Positions 13,236 through 26,589 of a stretch of DNA of 64,000 nt are shown one piece after another. The notes under the pieces were generated by a model. The model was not told where the DNA came from and made no database searches. It worked only from the letters and a program-made list of their open reading frames with translations. Made by a program: the position numbers and the translations under genes. Numbering within the stretch: the stretch's first letter is position 1; the number at the start of each line of letters is the position of its first letter. This stretch comes from Octopus vulgaris (taxonomy: Eukaryota). The DNA lies in contig OX597815.1 in the NCBI GenBank assembly GCA_951406725.2, positions 61,256,001 through 61,320,000 on the forward strand. Direction: 5' to 3'.

Positions 13236-13530
13236 CAGCAACAACAACAACACCAACACCATCACCACAACTGTCACCAATCCCACCACTAACGATATTT
13301 ACCATCATCACTACCACAACCACTACTACCACCGTCATTACCATCACCGCCTTCACCACCAACACTATTATGGCACCTCCACCACCACCATTGACGGCAT
13401 CTGTTCTCCCAATAAGCTTAACATGTTATCTTTCGATTAAACCGGCTTTACGTCAATCAGACAGACAGGCAGGCAGTAAGAGGTAGTCAAGAAAAGTGTA
13501 CACACAGACACACACACACACACAGACACA

Positions 13531-13618
<88 letters not shown>

Positions 13619-13813
13619 CATATGCACTACGAGACGGACTAGGGGACAAAGATATACAGAAACGAATAATGTATACGTGCGAATGATTTAGTATGCGTGT
13701 GGATGTATGTGAAGCATATGCATAGTGAGTTCTGATACCAGATTATTAGCAAAGCTACGCCTGAGCGAAATATTTAAATATAAAAGTGTATACATAATTA
13801 TATATATAACATG

Positions 13814-13891
<78 letters not shown>

Positions 13892-14191
13892 GTTCGTTAA
13901 AGGAAGTATTTTGATCTATGTCTATGAGTATGCAACACCTTGGAACTTCATTCAATCCATATTCAAACAAACAAATGCGCGCGTGTATGCAGTCGTTTAG
14001 TTCCGAACCAATGTGACCATGCAGAACCATGATGAAGGCCTCACCTACCATGTCTGGACTACATTGTGCAATATGTCTTCCTTTAATTAAATTGCCTACG
14101 ATTTCTTGTAAGTTCATTTGGTGATCACAATTTTCATTGGCTCGACGCCTATGTGTGTGTCTGCCTGTGTATGTGCGTGCGTGCATGCATG

Positions 14192-14247
<56 letters not shown>

Positions 14248-14544
14248 AGTGAGTGAGTGAGTGCAGTTGCGAAGGTACTGCTTGATGTTTGAACAGCTGG
14301 CAGCCGAATTTTCCAAAAATTTTCAAAGTTTTCTATAAATCTCTGAAGATTTAATGGTTCAAACGATGTGCTGTAGCTAACGTTTCGATCTTCTAAACAT
14401 AAGCAATTTGCTTTTTCTAGCGTCTAAGAACGCAAAACACATCAATAAGAAGAACTGGATGTGTGGTTATCTCTTCAAGTTTAAACGGATTCCTTCGAAG
14501 CTGGTACCAAAGTATACAGTGGTTGTTTAGCCGTTAAAATTTTG

Positions 14545-14748
14545 ACACAAGGCCAACAATTTCGGGGGAGGGAGTAAGTCGATTACGCCGACCTCAGTGA
14601 CCAACTGCTAATTATTCAAACCGATCCCGATGGGATGAAAGGCAAAATCGATCTCGGTGGAATTTGAGCTCTGAACATAAAAGCAGACGAAATGTTGCTT
14701 AAAAACTTTGCCCGGCATGCTAACGATTCTGCCAGCTCACCGCCGCCT
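14545..14748 (-). mobile_element. SINE family 1
   Basis: Reverse complement of the 9553-9770 sequence. Confidence 0.85.
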
Positions 14749-15216
14749 TTTTAGCCAGATAAAATACTAAACGATATTTTGTTGATAACCCGATGGATTT
14801 AATTCGAGGTTAAACATCAAATTAAGATGGGATATTGTGCTAAACTGCTCATAGGTAGAAGGACATTTAGCTCCACACAACAAAGTAGTTGAAACAGCAA
14901 CAGACAAACAATCTGTGTAAGTCAATATGTTGCATGTCGATGGCAGAAAGTAAACAAGGGAGCGTTAAGAACTAAGAAAGACTAACAACAATAGATGTGT
15001 TTATAGACGATATTAATCATGATTCTTCCAATACATAACGATAATGTTAGCTACAATAGATTATTGTATGTACTTTTTGAGAGACGAAATTTTCAACAAG
15101 CACGTCTGATCCGTAAGGAAGAGCTACGAGGTTTGATTATCCTCTGCGTTAGTTGTTGTTGCTGTTGTTGTTGATGATGATGATCTTGTCGTTGTTGTTG
15201 CTATTATTATTATTAC

Positions 15217-15273
<57 letters not shown>

Positions 15274-15274
<1 letters not shown>

Positions 15275-15508
15275 GAGTGAGAGAGTGGTACATGCCATCA
15301 ACGTGACATTGGGTAAAATATACGAAGCCCAATATACCCATCATGACTACCCGTCTGATTAGCGTACACCAGGCACATACACCACAACCATATGTGCGTG
15401 ATATGGTGATCTCATATCAAGATATACAGCGCATGACCTTACAGGTGGCATCCAATTAGAACTTTCTTCAGGCCGAGTAACCTATCTCGCTCAAAAGGTC
15501 CCTGATCG
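15274..15508 (-). mobile_element. Probable LINE 3' end with (TAA)n tail
   Basis: Non-repetitive segment ending directly in (TAA)n on the minus strand; no peptide recognised. Confidence 0.3.
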
Positions 15509-15828
15509 GAATTCATGACCACACTCAAGTCCATTTTTGTTAACTCCTTCTGCATGAGCAGTATACTATAGCAGGTCTTGTTTGCTGTTTACCAATTATT
15601 ATTATTATTAAAGCGGACGGACGTGTCTCCAGAAGCTGCGTAAATTTTGCACCATTTCTGTTGGAAATGTGTTTAAAAGTGTAATTATTTTTCGATATTT
15701 GTGTGGCCAAGCCGACTAACTTCTTGCGGAGCTAGTTGGTTGGGCAAAATTTTACCCCATTAGGGGTAAAATTGCAGTTTGAAATATTAACATTTTGAAA
15801 ATACATACACTTACATATTGAAAAAAAA

Positions 15829-16994
15829 ATGTCGTTGAAGAAAACAGTTGGGTGTTCCCTTCTTTGTACACCACACCCACCACAACTATAAAATGATTTA
15901 AGTATTTCGCCAGTCCGCCCATTTCGTGCCTTAAAAGGCAAACAAGATGTTTCGATGGAACGTGTCGACACAGGCAACGTTCCAAATGAAAATGAAAACG
16001 AAGGCGTCACAGAGGAACTGGTCAGGTATGGAGGTGCAGCTGCTGGTACAAATCCAGCAGGAAAACATCAATGCCATACCTGACAGTGTAAATTTGCCGG
16101 GCGGCACCAGATTGCACGTTGCTGTAGAGGGGCGAAAACCAAAATGCTACCTCTGCAGCAGCAAAAAGCATTTAGAAAAGGACTGCCCCATTCATAAACA
16201 AAGAATGGAGGCAGAGAAAAAGAAGCACCAACAGCAACAATAACAACAACAAGTTTCGACACCAAGAGTTTCTGCACCACCAATACCATCACCGCCACCA
16301 CGAAGAGCGACACCACCTCCAACCACCACAAAACCAACACCAACACCAAGAAAGACCACCCAAAAAGAAACACCGGCACCGTCACCAACACCAACAACTA
16401 TAACAGCACTATTTCCAACAGATGTAGCACCATTTTGACAAACTGTGGAAACGGACCCAACAAATGTTCCCTTTCCAGACCAAATCACCTCGGATTGTGC
16501 GAGCACTGATAGTGAGAAAGGGGAGTGGCATACAGTGCCACCGAAAAAGAAAAGAAGAAAGAAACAAAAAGAAACACATGACACACTGGGGAGGCGCGAA
16601 CAATTAGAACTTCCCAACATCAACAGCAGCAACATGCACTCACAACAACAACAATTAACAACACCTTCTCCACCAGTACTGCTACACACACCAACTCACA
16701 CAGACACCACCAACACCAACACAATAAACACGAACAATGAACAGTTAGTAACATACCTGAAAAATATCACAGACACAAAAATGTCAGATTTTATTATACC
16801 CACACACAACACACCACCAGCGCATACTTACATTTGAAATCACACAAGACAATTATAATAAAATCAAGGAGAAATTCCCAAACGATGTTGGGTCGCTAGG
16901 GAGAAATTTCTCAAAAAAACTCTACAAAAACCTGGTGGAAACACCCGTGCAAAAGAATAAGGGAGCCACCCCACCAAACATCAACACTAAGTAG
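15829..16994 (+). pseudogene. LINE ORF1, internally deleted and frameshifted
   Basis: IPDSVNLPGGTRLHVAVEGRKPKCYLC matches LPDRIHLENGQSLYVVAEGKKPRCYNC in copy A. Confidence 0.75.
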
Positions 16995-17022
16995 AACCTT
17001 TTTCCCCTTAACCTTTTAAAAC

Positions 17023-20000
17023 ATGGCAAAACTCAGAGTTGGTAGCATAAACGTGAGAGGTCTCGGTCACCTTGGAAACAGGGTCACCTGTTAAACGACC
17101 TGAGGTCTCATAGAGTGGATGTAGTAGCCATTAGTGAAACCAGGCTCTCCGACCCGCAGTAACTCGCGGGCTCTTTTCGGCGGATACGAGATTTTTCTAT
17201 CTCCGTGTCGGCCGGGAGCGGGCGGTGGTGGTACTGCGGTTTTGTTTCGGAAGGGCTTGGATTTGAAAATAAGGAGTCTTCCTGGATCCGGAAGGTAAGT
17301 TGGTGGTCCTCGACGTAGACAGTAGTGACGGTGGTGCTTTCAGACTGCTGGCTGCCTACGCTCCGACAGGAGCGGGGCAGTCCGATTATTTCAAGCGTCT
17401 GGAAGTTTTCTTGGGAACGTCACGCACTCTAGTGCTGTTTGGGGATTGGAACGCTGTCTTAGACGAACGTTTTGATCGGGTGGGCACGGGAACATCTGAG
17501 AGGAGAGGGGGTGCAAGAGCCTCGCCAACCTTCTCAGGCGCTTTCAATTGTCCGACAGGTTTCGACTAGACAACCCGAATGTGCCAATGTGGACTTGCAC
17601 TAATCGCATCGGGTCGTCTAGATCGTACTTAGATAGTCTTCTGTAGACCAGCGGATAAGAACAGCATAGGGTGTCCACAATTCCACCTAGTCGACCATAC
17701 GGACCACAAATTCGTGATCTGTACGGTCGACTCAGATAAGCTACATAGACAGGGTCCCGGCTACTGGAAGCTGAACGCGTCGTTAACGGCGTGCAACGCC
17801 TACAGAGACCGGATTATTTTATTAGTTAAACGGGCGCTCACGGGTGCAATCATCAACAACAACTGGTGGTTTGCTCTCAAGAGAGCAATTAGAGTAGAGT
17901 CGATTAGGTTTAGTAAGGCTCTAGCTGTAAAACGTAGGAGAACAGAGCGGGATTTAGTTAGAAAACTAGACGAGGCTCTTGAGACAGGCATCGCAACCGA
18001 CGTGTTGGCAGCTAGGTTGGCCCTCGACCAACACTTTGATACCAAACACGAAGGCTGCGTTGTCAGAGCTAAGGCGCGTTCGCTAAGCGGGGAGGGGACT
18101 AAGGCCGCTCGATAGGCCCGCGTGGTGGAGGCGAAGTGTGGCAACAAAGAGACCATTCGGTCTTTGGTGGAGCAGAAAGAGTGCGAGGTTTCCGAACCGA
18201 AGCAGATGTGTGCGGTGTTTCAGCGGCATTTTGCTCAACTGTTTGGAATGAACGGTGGGACAGACAACGGGACAGACTTCGGTGTGTACCTGGACGGCCT
18301 ACCGCAACTCTCGGACAGAGAGCCAGAGTACTGCGAAAGACCGATATCTGCCTGGGAAGTGGAGGAAGCAATGAAGAGCTGCACGAGAAGCAGATTGCCG
18401 GGTTTGGATGGTCTGCCCTACGAGCTTTACATTTCAATGCCAGACTTGTTTGCAAGCCTCTTGGCAAACGTCTACTGCAACTGGCAACAAAACGGGAGAA
18501 TTCCTGCATTTGTTTGTCGAGGAGTGGTGGCTTTGCTGAGAAAGGACCCAAACAAGGAGGACGTTATAGGGAACTTTAGGCCCATCACTTTGCTCAATGC
18601 AGAGTTGAAGATTTTGGCCAAGGTGCTAGCCAAGAGATTGGTGCCTGTCGTGGACAAGCTGATTGGCACGGCGCATGACCAGGTCGATACACAATAATCT
18701 CCATCTCATGCGCTACATCATAGAGAGGCTGGGTAACGACACTGGCGCGGGTGGGGCTTTGATCAATTTAGATCAGAGTAAATCCTTCGATAGGGTCGAC
18801 CACCGATACCTGGCAGCTGTTCTCAAGGCAGCCGGTTTCGGTTCAGTCTTCCGCGGGTGGATCGCTGCTTTGTACAGCAACATCTACTCGGTGATACGGT
18901 TGAACAGTCACCTTTCGGAGCCGTTTGACATCTCGCGTTCGGTTCGTCAAGGATGCCCTCTCTCCTCTCTCTTGTACGTATTGACTCTCGAGCCATTACT
19001 GCGCAAGTTGGAGGCTTTGAGGGGTATCCCGCGCGATCTGGAAGGTGGAAATTGTGTGTCTACCTAAGCCGACGACATCACTGTGATGGTGTCGAGCCAC
19101 AGGCACATTGACCTGATTGGCGAGACACTAAACGAGTACGAAGTGGTGACAGGTGCAAAGATTAACGCAGAAAAGTCCGTGGGCTTGCAACTGGGCGCCT
19201 GGAGAGGCAAGTCCATGCCGTCCAATAGTGTCGTAGGGAGCTGGACAGACGGACCCGTTAAACTGCTCGGGGTCTGGTTCGGTCCAGACCTCCAGGTGGA
19301 TAAAAACTGGGGTGAGGTGACGAACAGGGTGGCCAATCTCATCCAGAAATGGGCCGAGAGGAAGCTGTCCCTGAAAGGTCGAGCGGAGGTGGCGAATGCG
19401 TACATTGCATCCGTCATCTATTACCGATTGACCGTCGTCTCTTGTCCCGACCGCTGGTTGGCCAAGCTGGTACGCTTGATCTTCGACTTCTCGTGGAAGG
19501 GTCAGGTACCACTGGTCAGGCGATCCATCTACTGTCAACGGCCGCTGAACGGAGGCATTGACATGCCGTGGTTACAGATGCGCAGACATGCGCTGAGGCT
19601 ACGGCATCTCAAGCGTTTCCTAGACGGTGAACAGGTGTGGTCATCTTTTGTCAGACGCGACTTTCCGCAGCTCGTCTCTTTGACAGAGTTGCAGTCTTGG
19701 ATCAAACGCAGAACGAGAAAGGGAGCTTGGCTCCTCGAGTGCCGTCAAGCTCTCTCCGCCCTCCACCAAGCGGGCAATGCGATCGGTATTGGTTCCACTC
19801 TAGCGTTCTATAGAGGGTTAGTGGAAGAAAAGTGCGATGACGTTCTCGGGGAAACTCTAGGCGTTGACGATAACGAGCTAAACAGTCTGTTCGGGAGAAC
19901 TTTCGGTCCGGGGCCAATGGATAATTTCCAAAGGTCCCTCGCCTGGCAGTGCTACCAAGGGGCTCTGCCAGTTCTGGATAAACTCTACCGGCACGGAAGT

Positions 20001-20432
20001 ACCGTCAGACGGGCCTGCCCGAGGTGCGTCTAGGACAACGAAACCGTTCTGTACACACTAGTCCAGTGCCCGAATATTGCTGAACTATGGGTTTATGTCG
20101 AACGGCTACTGTCGCATATAAGACGGATCCGGCTATCAGCTGAATCCTTAGTGAGGATTGCCCCGCCGACCTCCTTTAACCGGGAGGGCAAGGCAGTTTT
20201 CTTTTGCTTAGTGGCTATAGCGAAAGAGGTGATATGGTGGACCCGTTTGAAAGGACTAAGGTCAGACACTTTCCTCTTTGGCCAAGGCCTCATCAACTTT
20301 TTCAAGTTTCACTTGAAAAAGAAGATGAGAGTAGAGAGGGAAGTACTGTCTGGTAGCATGTTTATTGAAAGGTGGGTGAATGTCGCAAAAATGCCCAGTA
20401 TGAACGGACCAATTCTGAGGATACACCTGTGA
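17023..20432 (+). pseudogene. LINE ORF2 (APE, RT, zinc finger); the YADD tyrosine codon is a TAA stop at 19065
   Basis: MAKLRVGSINVRGL, FGDWN, GYWKLN, LDQSKSFDRV, VRQGCPLS, *ADD, CPRC. Confidence 0.93.
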
Positions 20433-20696
20433 AAAATTAAAAGGATATATAAAAGGAGGAAGGGGCTCTCTACCCCACCTTTTGACCAGGCTCCCGTGGT
20501 TTTTATGGGTTTTTCCACGAGTAACCTTTCGAAGCGCCTCCCCCTATTGGGAGTTTTAATTGTTATTTATATTTCGTTATCCTGCTTTTGTACACGGACT
20601 TTTCAAACGGACAAAACCCTTTGTAACTTTCGTCCTGTGTTTTGTCCCTTTATGTTTTAATCGATTTTTGTTAGCCCTTGTGGCCAATAAACGAAT

Positions 20697-20698
20697 TA

Positions 20699-20755
<57 letters not shown>

Positions 20756-20831
20756 GTTGTTGTTGTTGTTGTTGTTGTTGCTGCTGCTGCTGCTGCTGTT
20801 GCTGTTATTGCTATTATTATTGTTGTTGTTG

Positions 20832-20930
<99 letters not shown>
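20697..20930. repeat. (TTA)n-(TTG)n-(CTG)n-(TTA)n switching to (TAA)n
   Basis: Direct reading; polarity switch near 20888. Confidence 0.95.
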
Positions 20931-23900
20931 GGCTTAATTGAAAGACTGCCATCTGACCAAAGTACGCAAAGGCCTGAAGATACAAGAAATTCTATTGTAC
21001 CTGTTAAAGATAGCCAGGAAAACGAAAAAACAACAGTAACTGAAGATCTCGCATTTGCTGAAGAACACAGAGAGTCTATGGCAGAAATGAGGCAGAAAAT
21101 CCTGAATACGCTTGAAGTTGTAAGACATACAAGTATGAATGATAGAGAACCGCTTCATAAACTCTCAAATACAAACCAAAATAAAAAACAAATCCAAATT
21201 GGCAACTATGTAACAAATGAAATAATACGAGAATTAAAACCTGATTTTACTGAGTTAAATGAAATTATTTACGCTTCTGCTAGGGCAATTGAAACCAGCT
21301 GTATGCCCCCGAAAAAACAAAGAAAACAAAACCTGGGAAGAAATCAAACCTGGAGAAGTAAAATTGAAAAAGAGATTGAATTTATGAGAGGGGAAATATC
21401 AATATTAAATGAACTAATATGTGGAAATGATGTAAGATCCAGAACAGGAAGAAAGATGAAGAGAAAATTTGGATCCTCACCAAGAGAAGAACTGATATCA
21501 ATAAAAGAAACGCTGAAACAAAAAGTCCAAGCAAAAGCCCAAAGAATACGAAGATTTGAGAAGAGAAACAAGTTTTGCAAGCAAAATAAGCTGTTCACAT
21601 CCAATGCCAAAAAATTCTACAGAGAAATAGGGAAGGAGAAAGTAACCGTTAAAGACCCCCTCCCATGGAAGAAGTTCAAAACTTTTGGAAAAGGATTTGG
21701 AGTGACAAGAAGACGTACAACATAAATGCAGACTGGATTATACAAACTGAAGGATCCTACCAAAATTTACAACAACAAGCATGGGAAGACATCACAATAG
21801 CAGACCTAAGAAAGGCACTCACGAAGGCCCATAATTGGAAATCCCCCGGTAAAGATAGGGTGCCGAATTTCTGGCTCGCATCGCTCCCGTGCGCACACGG
21901 TAAGCTAGTTCAGCTGCTCAATGGAATTTTGAGAGACCCAAAGAAAACACCTGAATGGTTAGCAAGTGGCATTACTTACCTACTCCCAAAGAATAACGAA
22001 ACCAACCTTCCAAAAAACTATCGGCCTATAACCTGTCTATCCACCACGTATAAAATCCTAACATCTATCCTGGCGGAGAAAACATATGCATTCATGGAGA
22101 AGAACGATATTTTCCCCATTGAACAAAAAGGGTGCCGCCGAGGCTCTTACGGATGCAAAGATCAACTGCTAATCAATCGTATGATCCTTGAGAACTGTCA
22201 CAACAAGCGCAGAAATCTCAGCACCGCATGGATTGACTATAAAAAGGCCTTCGACAGTATACCGCATCCATGGATCTTGAGATCGCTGGACATCTTTAAA
22301 ATTTCCCCTGTGATTTCAAACTTCCTGAAGCACAATATGTCGTTGTGGAATACGAATCTCCAATTATACCACTCTAATGGAGTACTTGCCTCAGAAAATA
22401 TAAACATCAACTGTGGAATTTTTCAAGGTGACTCACTTTCACCTTTAATATTCTGCATAGCCCTAATACCCCTTACAAGTGAATTAAACAGAACAGGGTA
22501 TGGGTATAAAATTGCCAATAAAAAAATAAGCCATCTATTTTATATGGATGACTTAAAACTTTATGGTAAAGACAATAATGAACTTGAAGGCCTATTGCGC
22601 ACCGTGAAAGCATTCAGCGATGACATCGGGATGGAGTTTGGACTTGAGAAGTGTGCCAAGGCCACTTTCCAGAAAGGGAAAGTGAAGACCACAAATTCAG
22701 TCATGTTAGATGTTGACACAGTCATAAGAGAGCTTGAGCAAGAACAGACATACAAATATTTAGGGATAAATGAAGGCTCTGGTATTCAGCATGCAAGCAT
22801 GAAAGAGAAAATCAGGAAGGAATGTTATAGGAGAGTTCGTGCAGTCCTGAAATCTGAACTAAATGCACGTAACAAGGTGTTAGCTATAAATTCCTTAGCA
22901 GTTCCAGTTGTTACTTATAGCTACAATGTGTTGAACTGGAATATGAGTGAAGTAAAGAATATAGATAGAAAAATACGCAAGCTGCTGAGTTGTAATAGGA
23001 TGCACCACCCAAAGGCAGACGTAGATCGCCTTTACCTTCCCAGAGCCCAAGGAGGTCGAGGCCTGATCCAATTTGAACTAGCTTACAAAACAACCACAAT
23101 TGGACTGGCCAAATATCTCGAAATATCGAATGACTGGATGCTAAAACTCGTGGAAAATCACGAGAGACGAAAGAAGCTTCATTCTATCATCAAGGAAAGC
23201 AAAAAATTTGCTATTGATCTCGTGCAGGATACCCAAACTGAACAACCCGAGGGAAGTACGGCAACTATTGTTGCAAAGAAGGTGAAAATGATGGCAATGA
23301 AAAAAGCGCACGAGCAATTGGCTGATAGGTGGGAGGAGAAACCTCTGCACGGCAAATATGTGACCCGCAGCAAACAAGCTGATGTTGACCAGAAGCAAAC
23401 CCATCAGTGGCTGCGGAGCTCAGGGCTAAAAGCAGAGAGCGAAGGTTTCATCCTGGCTGCTCAAGACCAAAGCCTATTAACCCGGAACTACCAGGCCAAT
23501 GTGATGAAAAATGGAGCAGACCCAAAATGCCGATTCTGCAACGACATGATTGAAACAGTGGATCACCTAATCTCTGGATGTAAAGTCTTAGCACCAGTGG
23601 AGTATAAATTAAGACATGACAGAGTTGGCCAATATCTCCACTGGCTAATAAGTCGGCATTACAATATCAAAACTGCCGACAAGTGGTATAATCACCACCC
23701 TGAGGCTGTAACTGAAGGAGAAAATGTAACCATTCTGTGGGACTTTCCAGTACATACAGACCGAACCATCAAGGCCAATAAACCAGATATTGTTGTGAAA
23801 GACCAAAACAATAAAGTTTGCTTATTGATCGACATGAGCATCCCCTGTGATCATAATATCTCAGCGAAAGAGTTTGACAAGCTCAGAAAATATAAAGACC

Positions 23901-24293
23901 TACTCATTGAAATTGAGAAAATGTGGCATCTCAAGGCGGTTACAATACCAGTGATCGTAGGAGCACTAGGAATGATCAAGAAGGGAACCGAAAATTATAT
24001 GAGAATGATCCCTGGCTTACCATCCCTGCAAGAAGTGCAAAAGATTGTCTTAACTGGTACATCACACGTATTGAGAAGAGCATTGTCGATGTGAGAACTG
24101 TTGCTGCTCATGTATTTTAATTTAACTTAAAAAAAAAAAAAAAAAAAAAATCAACGAACTACTGAGTTTGGTTTAATGGCCTACCAATATACACTATGAG
24201 TTTCTTTGCCCTAGGAGTCGGGAAGACACTCGGCAAGAAATGGAAGAAAATTTGAAAGAGGAAAAAAAAATAAATAATAATAATAATAATAAT
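20931..24293 (+). mobile_element. R4/Dong-clade RLE non-LTR retrotransposon, 5'-truncated, flanked by (TAA)n
   Basis: Single long reading frame with one frameshift near 21655-21665; RT followed by CCHC and restriction-like endonuclease; (TAA)n at both ends. Confidence 0.93.
21665..24094 (+). CDS. Reverse transcriptase plus restriction-like endonuclease (809 aa open; upstream part in another frame from about 20931)
   Basis: KSPGKD, NYRPITCL, IDYKKAFDS, GIFQGDSLSP, FYMDD, CRFC..ETVDHLISGC, RHD, KPDIVV..IDMSIP, KYKD. Confidence 0.92.
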   Translation: MEEVQNFWKRIWSDKKTYNINADWIIQTEGSYQNLQQQAWEDITIADLRKALTKAHNWKSPGKDRVPNFWLASLPCAHGKLVQLLNGILRDPKKTPEWLASGITYLLPKNNETNLPKNYRPITCLSTTYKILTSILAEKTYAFMEKNDIFPIEQKGCRRGSYGCKDQLLINRMILENCHNKRRNLSTAWIDYKKAFDSIPHPWILRSLDIFKISPVISNFLKHNMSLWNTNLQLYHSNGVLASENININCGIFQGDSLSPLIFCIALIPLTSELNRTGYGYKIANKKISHLFYMDDLKLYGKDNNELEGLLRTVKAFSDDIGMEFGLEKCAKATFQKGKVKTTNSVMLDVDTVIRELEQEQTYKYLGINEGSGIQHASMKEKIRKECYRRVRAVLKSELNARNKVLAINSLAVPVVTYSYNVLNWNMSEVKNIDRKIRKLLSCNRMHHPKADVDRLYLPRAQGGRGLIQFELAYKTTTIGLAKYLEISNDWMLKLVENHERRKKLHSIIKESKKFAIDLVQDTQTEQPEGSTATIVAKKVKMMAMKKAHEQLADRWEEKPLHGKYVTRSKQADVDQKQTHQWLRSSGLKAESEGFILAAQDQSLLTRNYQANVMKNGADPKCRFCNDMIETVDHLISGCKVLAPVEYKLRHDRVGQYLHWLISRHYNIKTADKWYNHHPEAVTEGENVTILWDFPVHTDRTIKANKPDIVVKDQNNKVCLLIDMSIPCDHNISAKEFDKLRKYKDLLIEIEKMWHLKAVTIPVIVGALGMIKKGTENYMRMIPGLPSLQEVQKIVLTGTSHVLRRALSM

Positions 24294-24299
24294 ATATGA

Positions 24300-25060
24300 A
24301 ACCTCACAGCTTAATTTGCTGGGTATAATGGAAACTAAGCCAGCAAACTAAGGTGACACTTGTTTCAAGAACACTGCGAAGAATTCTTGTAGATCCAAGC
24401 CATGGTGATTTTTGTAGGTGTTGTACCTTCACACTTGCACCAATCTTTTTCAGCCATGTTGGAAGTTGAGTGCTGATATTCCGAAGTGCACCAATTACTA
24501 TTGGTCTCACGTCTACTCTCCTCATTGACCACAACCTCCGTATTTTGGGAATAGTTGTTTATTTTTTCTTCATCTTTCACATTGATCCTGTTGTCACCGG
24601 TGCATACTATGCCGATTATCATATATGTTCCTTCTTTGTTATTCATCACAACAATGTTCAGTTTCCGATGTCTGGTCGGGTGATCGCACTGGATCATTGC
24701 ATCCCACAGGACTTTGTTATTCTCATTTTCGGTGACTCCTTCTGGAGTTTGATCATACCGCGTCTTTGCTCTTTGTAGGCCGTGATTTCCACAGAGCTGC
24801 CAATGGATCATTCTTGCCACATTGCTATGAAGTCTTTTGTATTTGCGTTGATCCAATTACGGTCATTCGCTAACGATGTGCTATACTGTTTCACCCCTCT
24901 CACCACACATTCCGCATTTGTCGCTATGGGTAGTATTGCCTATTCTGCACTTCGTGTAGTTGGTCCTTAACGCTTGTTCGTGAGCTGCGCGTATGAGTGC
25001 CTCTGTCTATCTTCAAGTCACTCTTCATCCATAACCACCGGTCCTCTGTATCTGTACAAA
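24300..25060 (-). mobile_element. Degenerate 3' portion of a second R4/Dong-like LINE
   Basis: KYKRLHSNVARMIHWQLC, NKVLWD..IQCD, RPIVIGAL, LQKS; frameshifted. Confidence 0.82.
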
Positions 25061-25074
25061 GACAAGAAATTAGC

Positions 25075-25115
<41 letters not shown>

Positions 25116-26545
25116 GCAATCTGAAATTATGTTTTGTGAATAAACAATATTTGTAAATAAATCTTCATATGCACGATGAACAACCACGATCAAACCGATA
25201 ACTTAAATATCCATTCTTTATACGTACCGATAGATTCTAACATGAATATGCCTATCACTGTTGTGTTTCGTCATAGCAGAACTTCTCTTTTCAGACAAAC
25301 GTGTGTTCATAAGAAACTGGACCCACTGGGATGGTGGGTAAAGGGACTCTTGACATTGTTGTTTGTTTCCTCAGCCAAGGCTACTCCGGACTAATATTTG
25401 TAAAATTTTTTAATTAATTCTTATTTCCTTGTGCGGAAGTCGGTGACAGAATTTTTAGAGTAATGGGGTAGCTTGGCGTCTGAACGTTAGTAAATTCTAA
25501 ATTATTTAATAAGACAACTATGCATCACGGCGTTAAACTCAAATATATTGATTCTCGTCTACTCTCATCTAAAGGACTTCATTAGAGGAGCTCAATTTGT
25601 ATCGATCTGTCGAACGACAAATAATTGGTCATTTCAATATTTCCAACCTTGTCTAACACTGTGACCAATGCCGTCTGAAAACTAACAATTTAAAATTTAT
25701 GATGCTTGAAATTCCAAGATATACTATTGCAGTAATCCTATCAGCAACTTACGTCTCAGAAATTTACAAAAAAAAAAATGTCTTAGAAATATTTCAAAGT
25801 TAAAGTCTAGAAATGAAGAACGACTTTAATACCTGGAGGGCTACTTCAGAAAATATTCAGAATATTTAATTGTTGAGTCTGTTAATGATTATAATTTTAT
25901 TTACTTACTTACTTCATTAAAAATCATTCCGTCTCAAAAACAGCGACAATGAGAGAGCGTGTATCTGGAGACACTGTATTAAAAAATGTTTTTTGTATTT
26001 AGGTCTAATCTGGGTTTAAATAACAAAGTGTCTACCAGCAATCGTAATAGAATCATCTCTATCATCACCACCGTTAACATCACTGATGTCATCATCAGCA
26101 ATCAAAATCATCGTTATCACCGTCGCTTCCACCGTCATCACGTACACTAAAGGTCGGTATTTTAATTTTGATTTCACTTGTGTTTATTGTATTAAATTTA
26201 AGTTAGTTTAATTACACTTAATTAATTTTGATTACAATTATATTTATTACTAGCATTAATGAATGTTCTACTTATTACCTCCCCTGATACAGTCAATAGT
26301 AATAATCTATTACTTCCCCTGTTACTGTCAACATCTGTTATGAAATTATAACATCATTAATTACATCATGAATATCTTTCAAAAAGTGCAAGGTATTATA
26401 TATCAAACATGTCTTATTTTAAAGTTTCCAGTGCATTTTTCTTGTTTTCAATACACACACGTATATATCCATGTGTGTGCGTGTGTGTGTATGTTTGTGT
26501 GCGTGTGTGTGCATGCGTATATATGTGTATGTGTGCGTGCATGTA

Positions 26546-26589
<44 letters not shown>

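Larger units (their letters stand above)
15611..20696 (+). mobile_element. Tx1/L1-clade LINE, copy B (5' UTR to polyA signal, disabled), inserted in (TTA)n
   Basis: ORF1 knuckle CYLCSSKKHLEKDC; ORF2 17023-20432; AATAAA at 20686; (TTA)n on both sides. Confidence 0.93.

Noticed and set aside
12946-13365. Gly-, His- and Pro-rich ORFs
   Set aside because: Degenerate (CAC)n/(CAA)n repeat, open in several frames on both strands
20754-20930. Leu/Ile-rich N-terminus on the R4/Dong ORF resembling a signal or transmembrane segment
   Set aside because: Read-through of the flanking (TTA/TAA)n run
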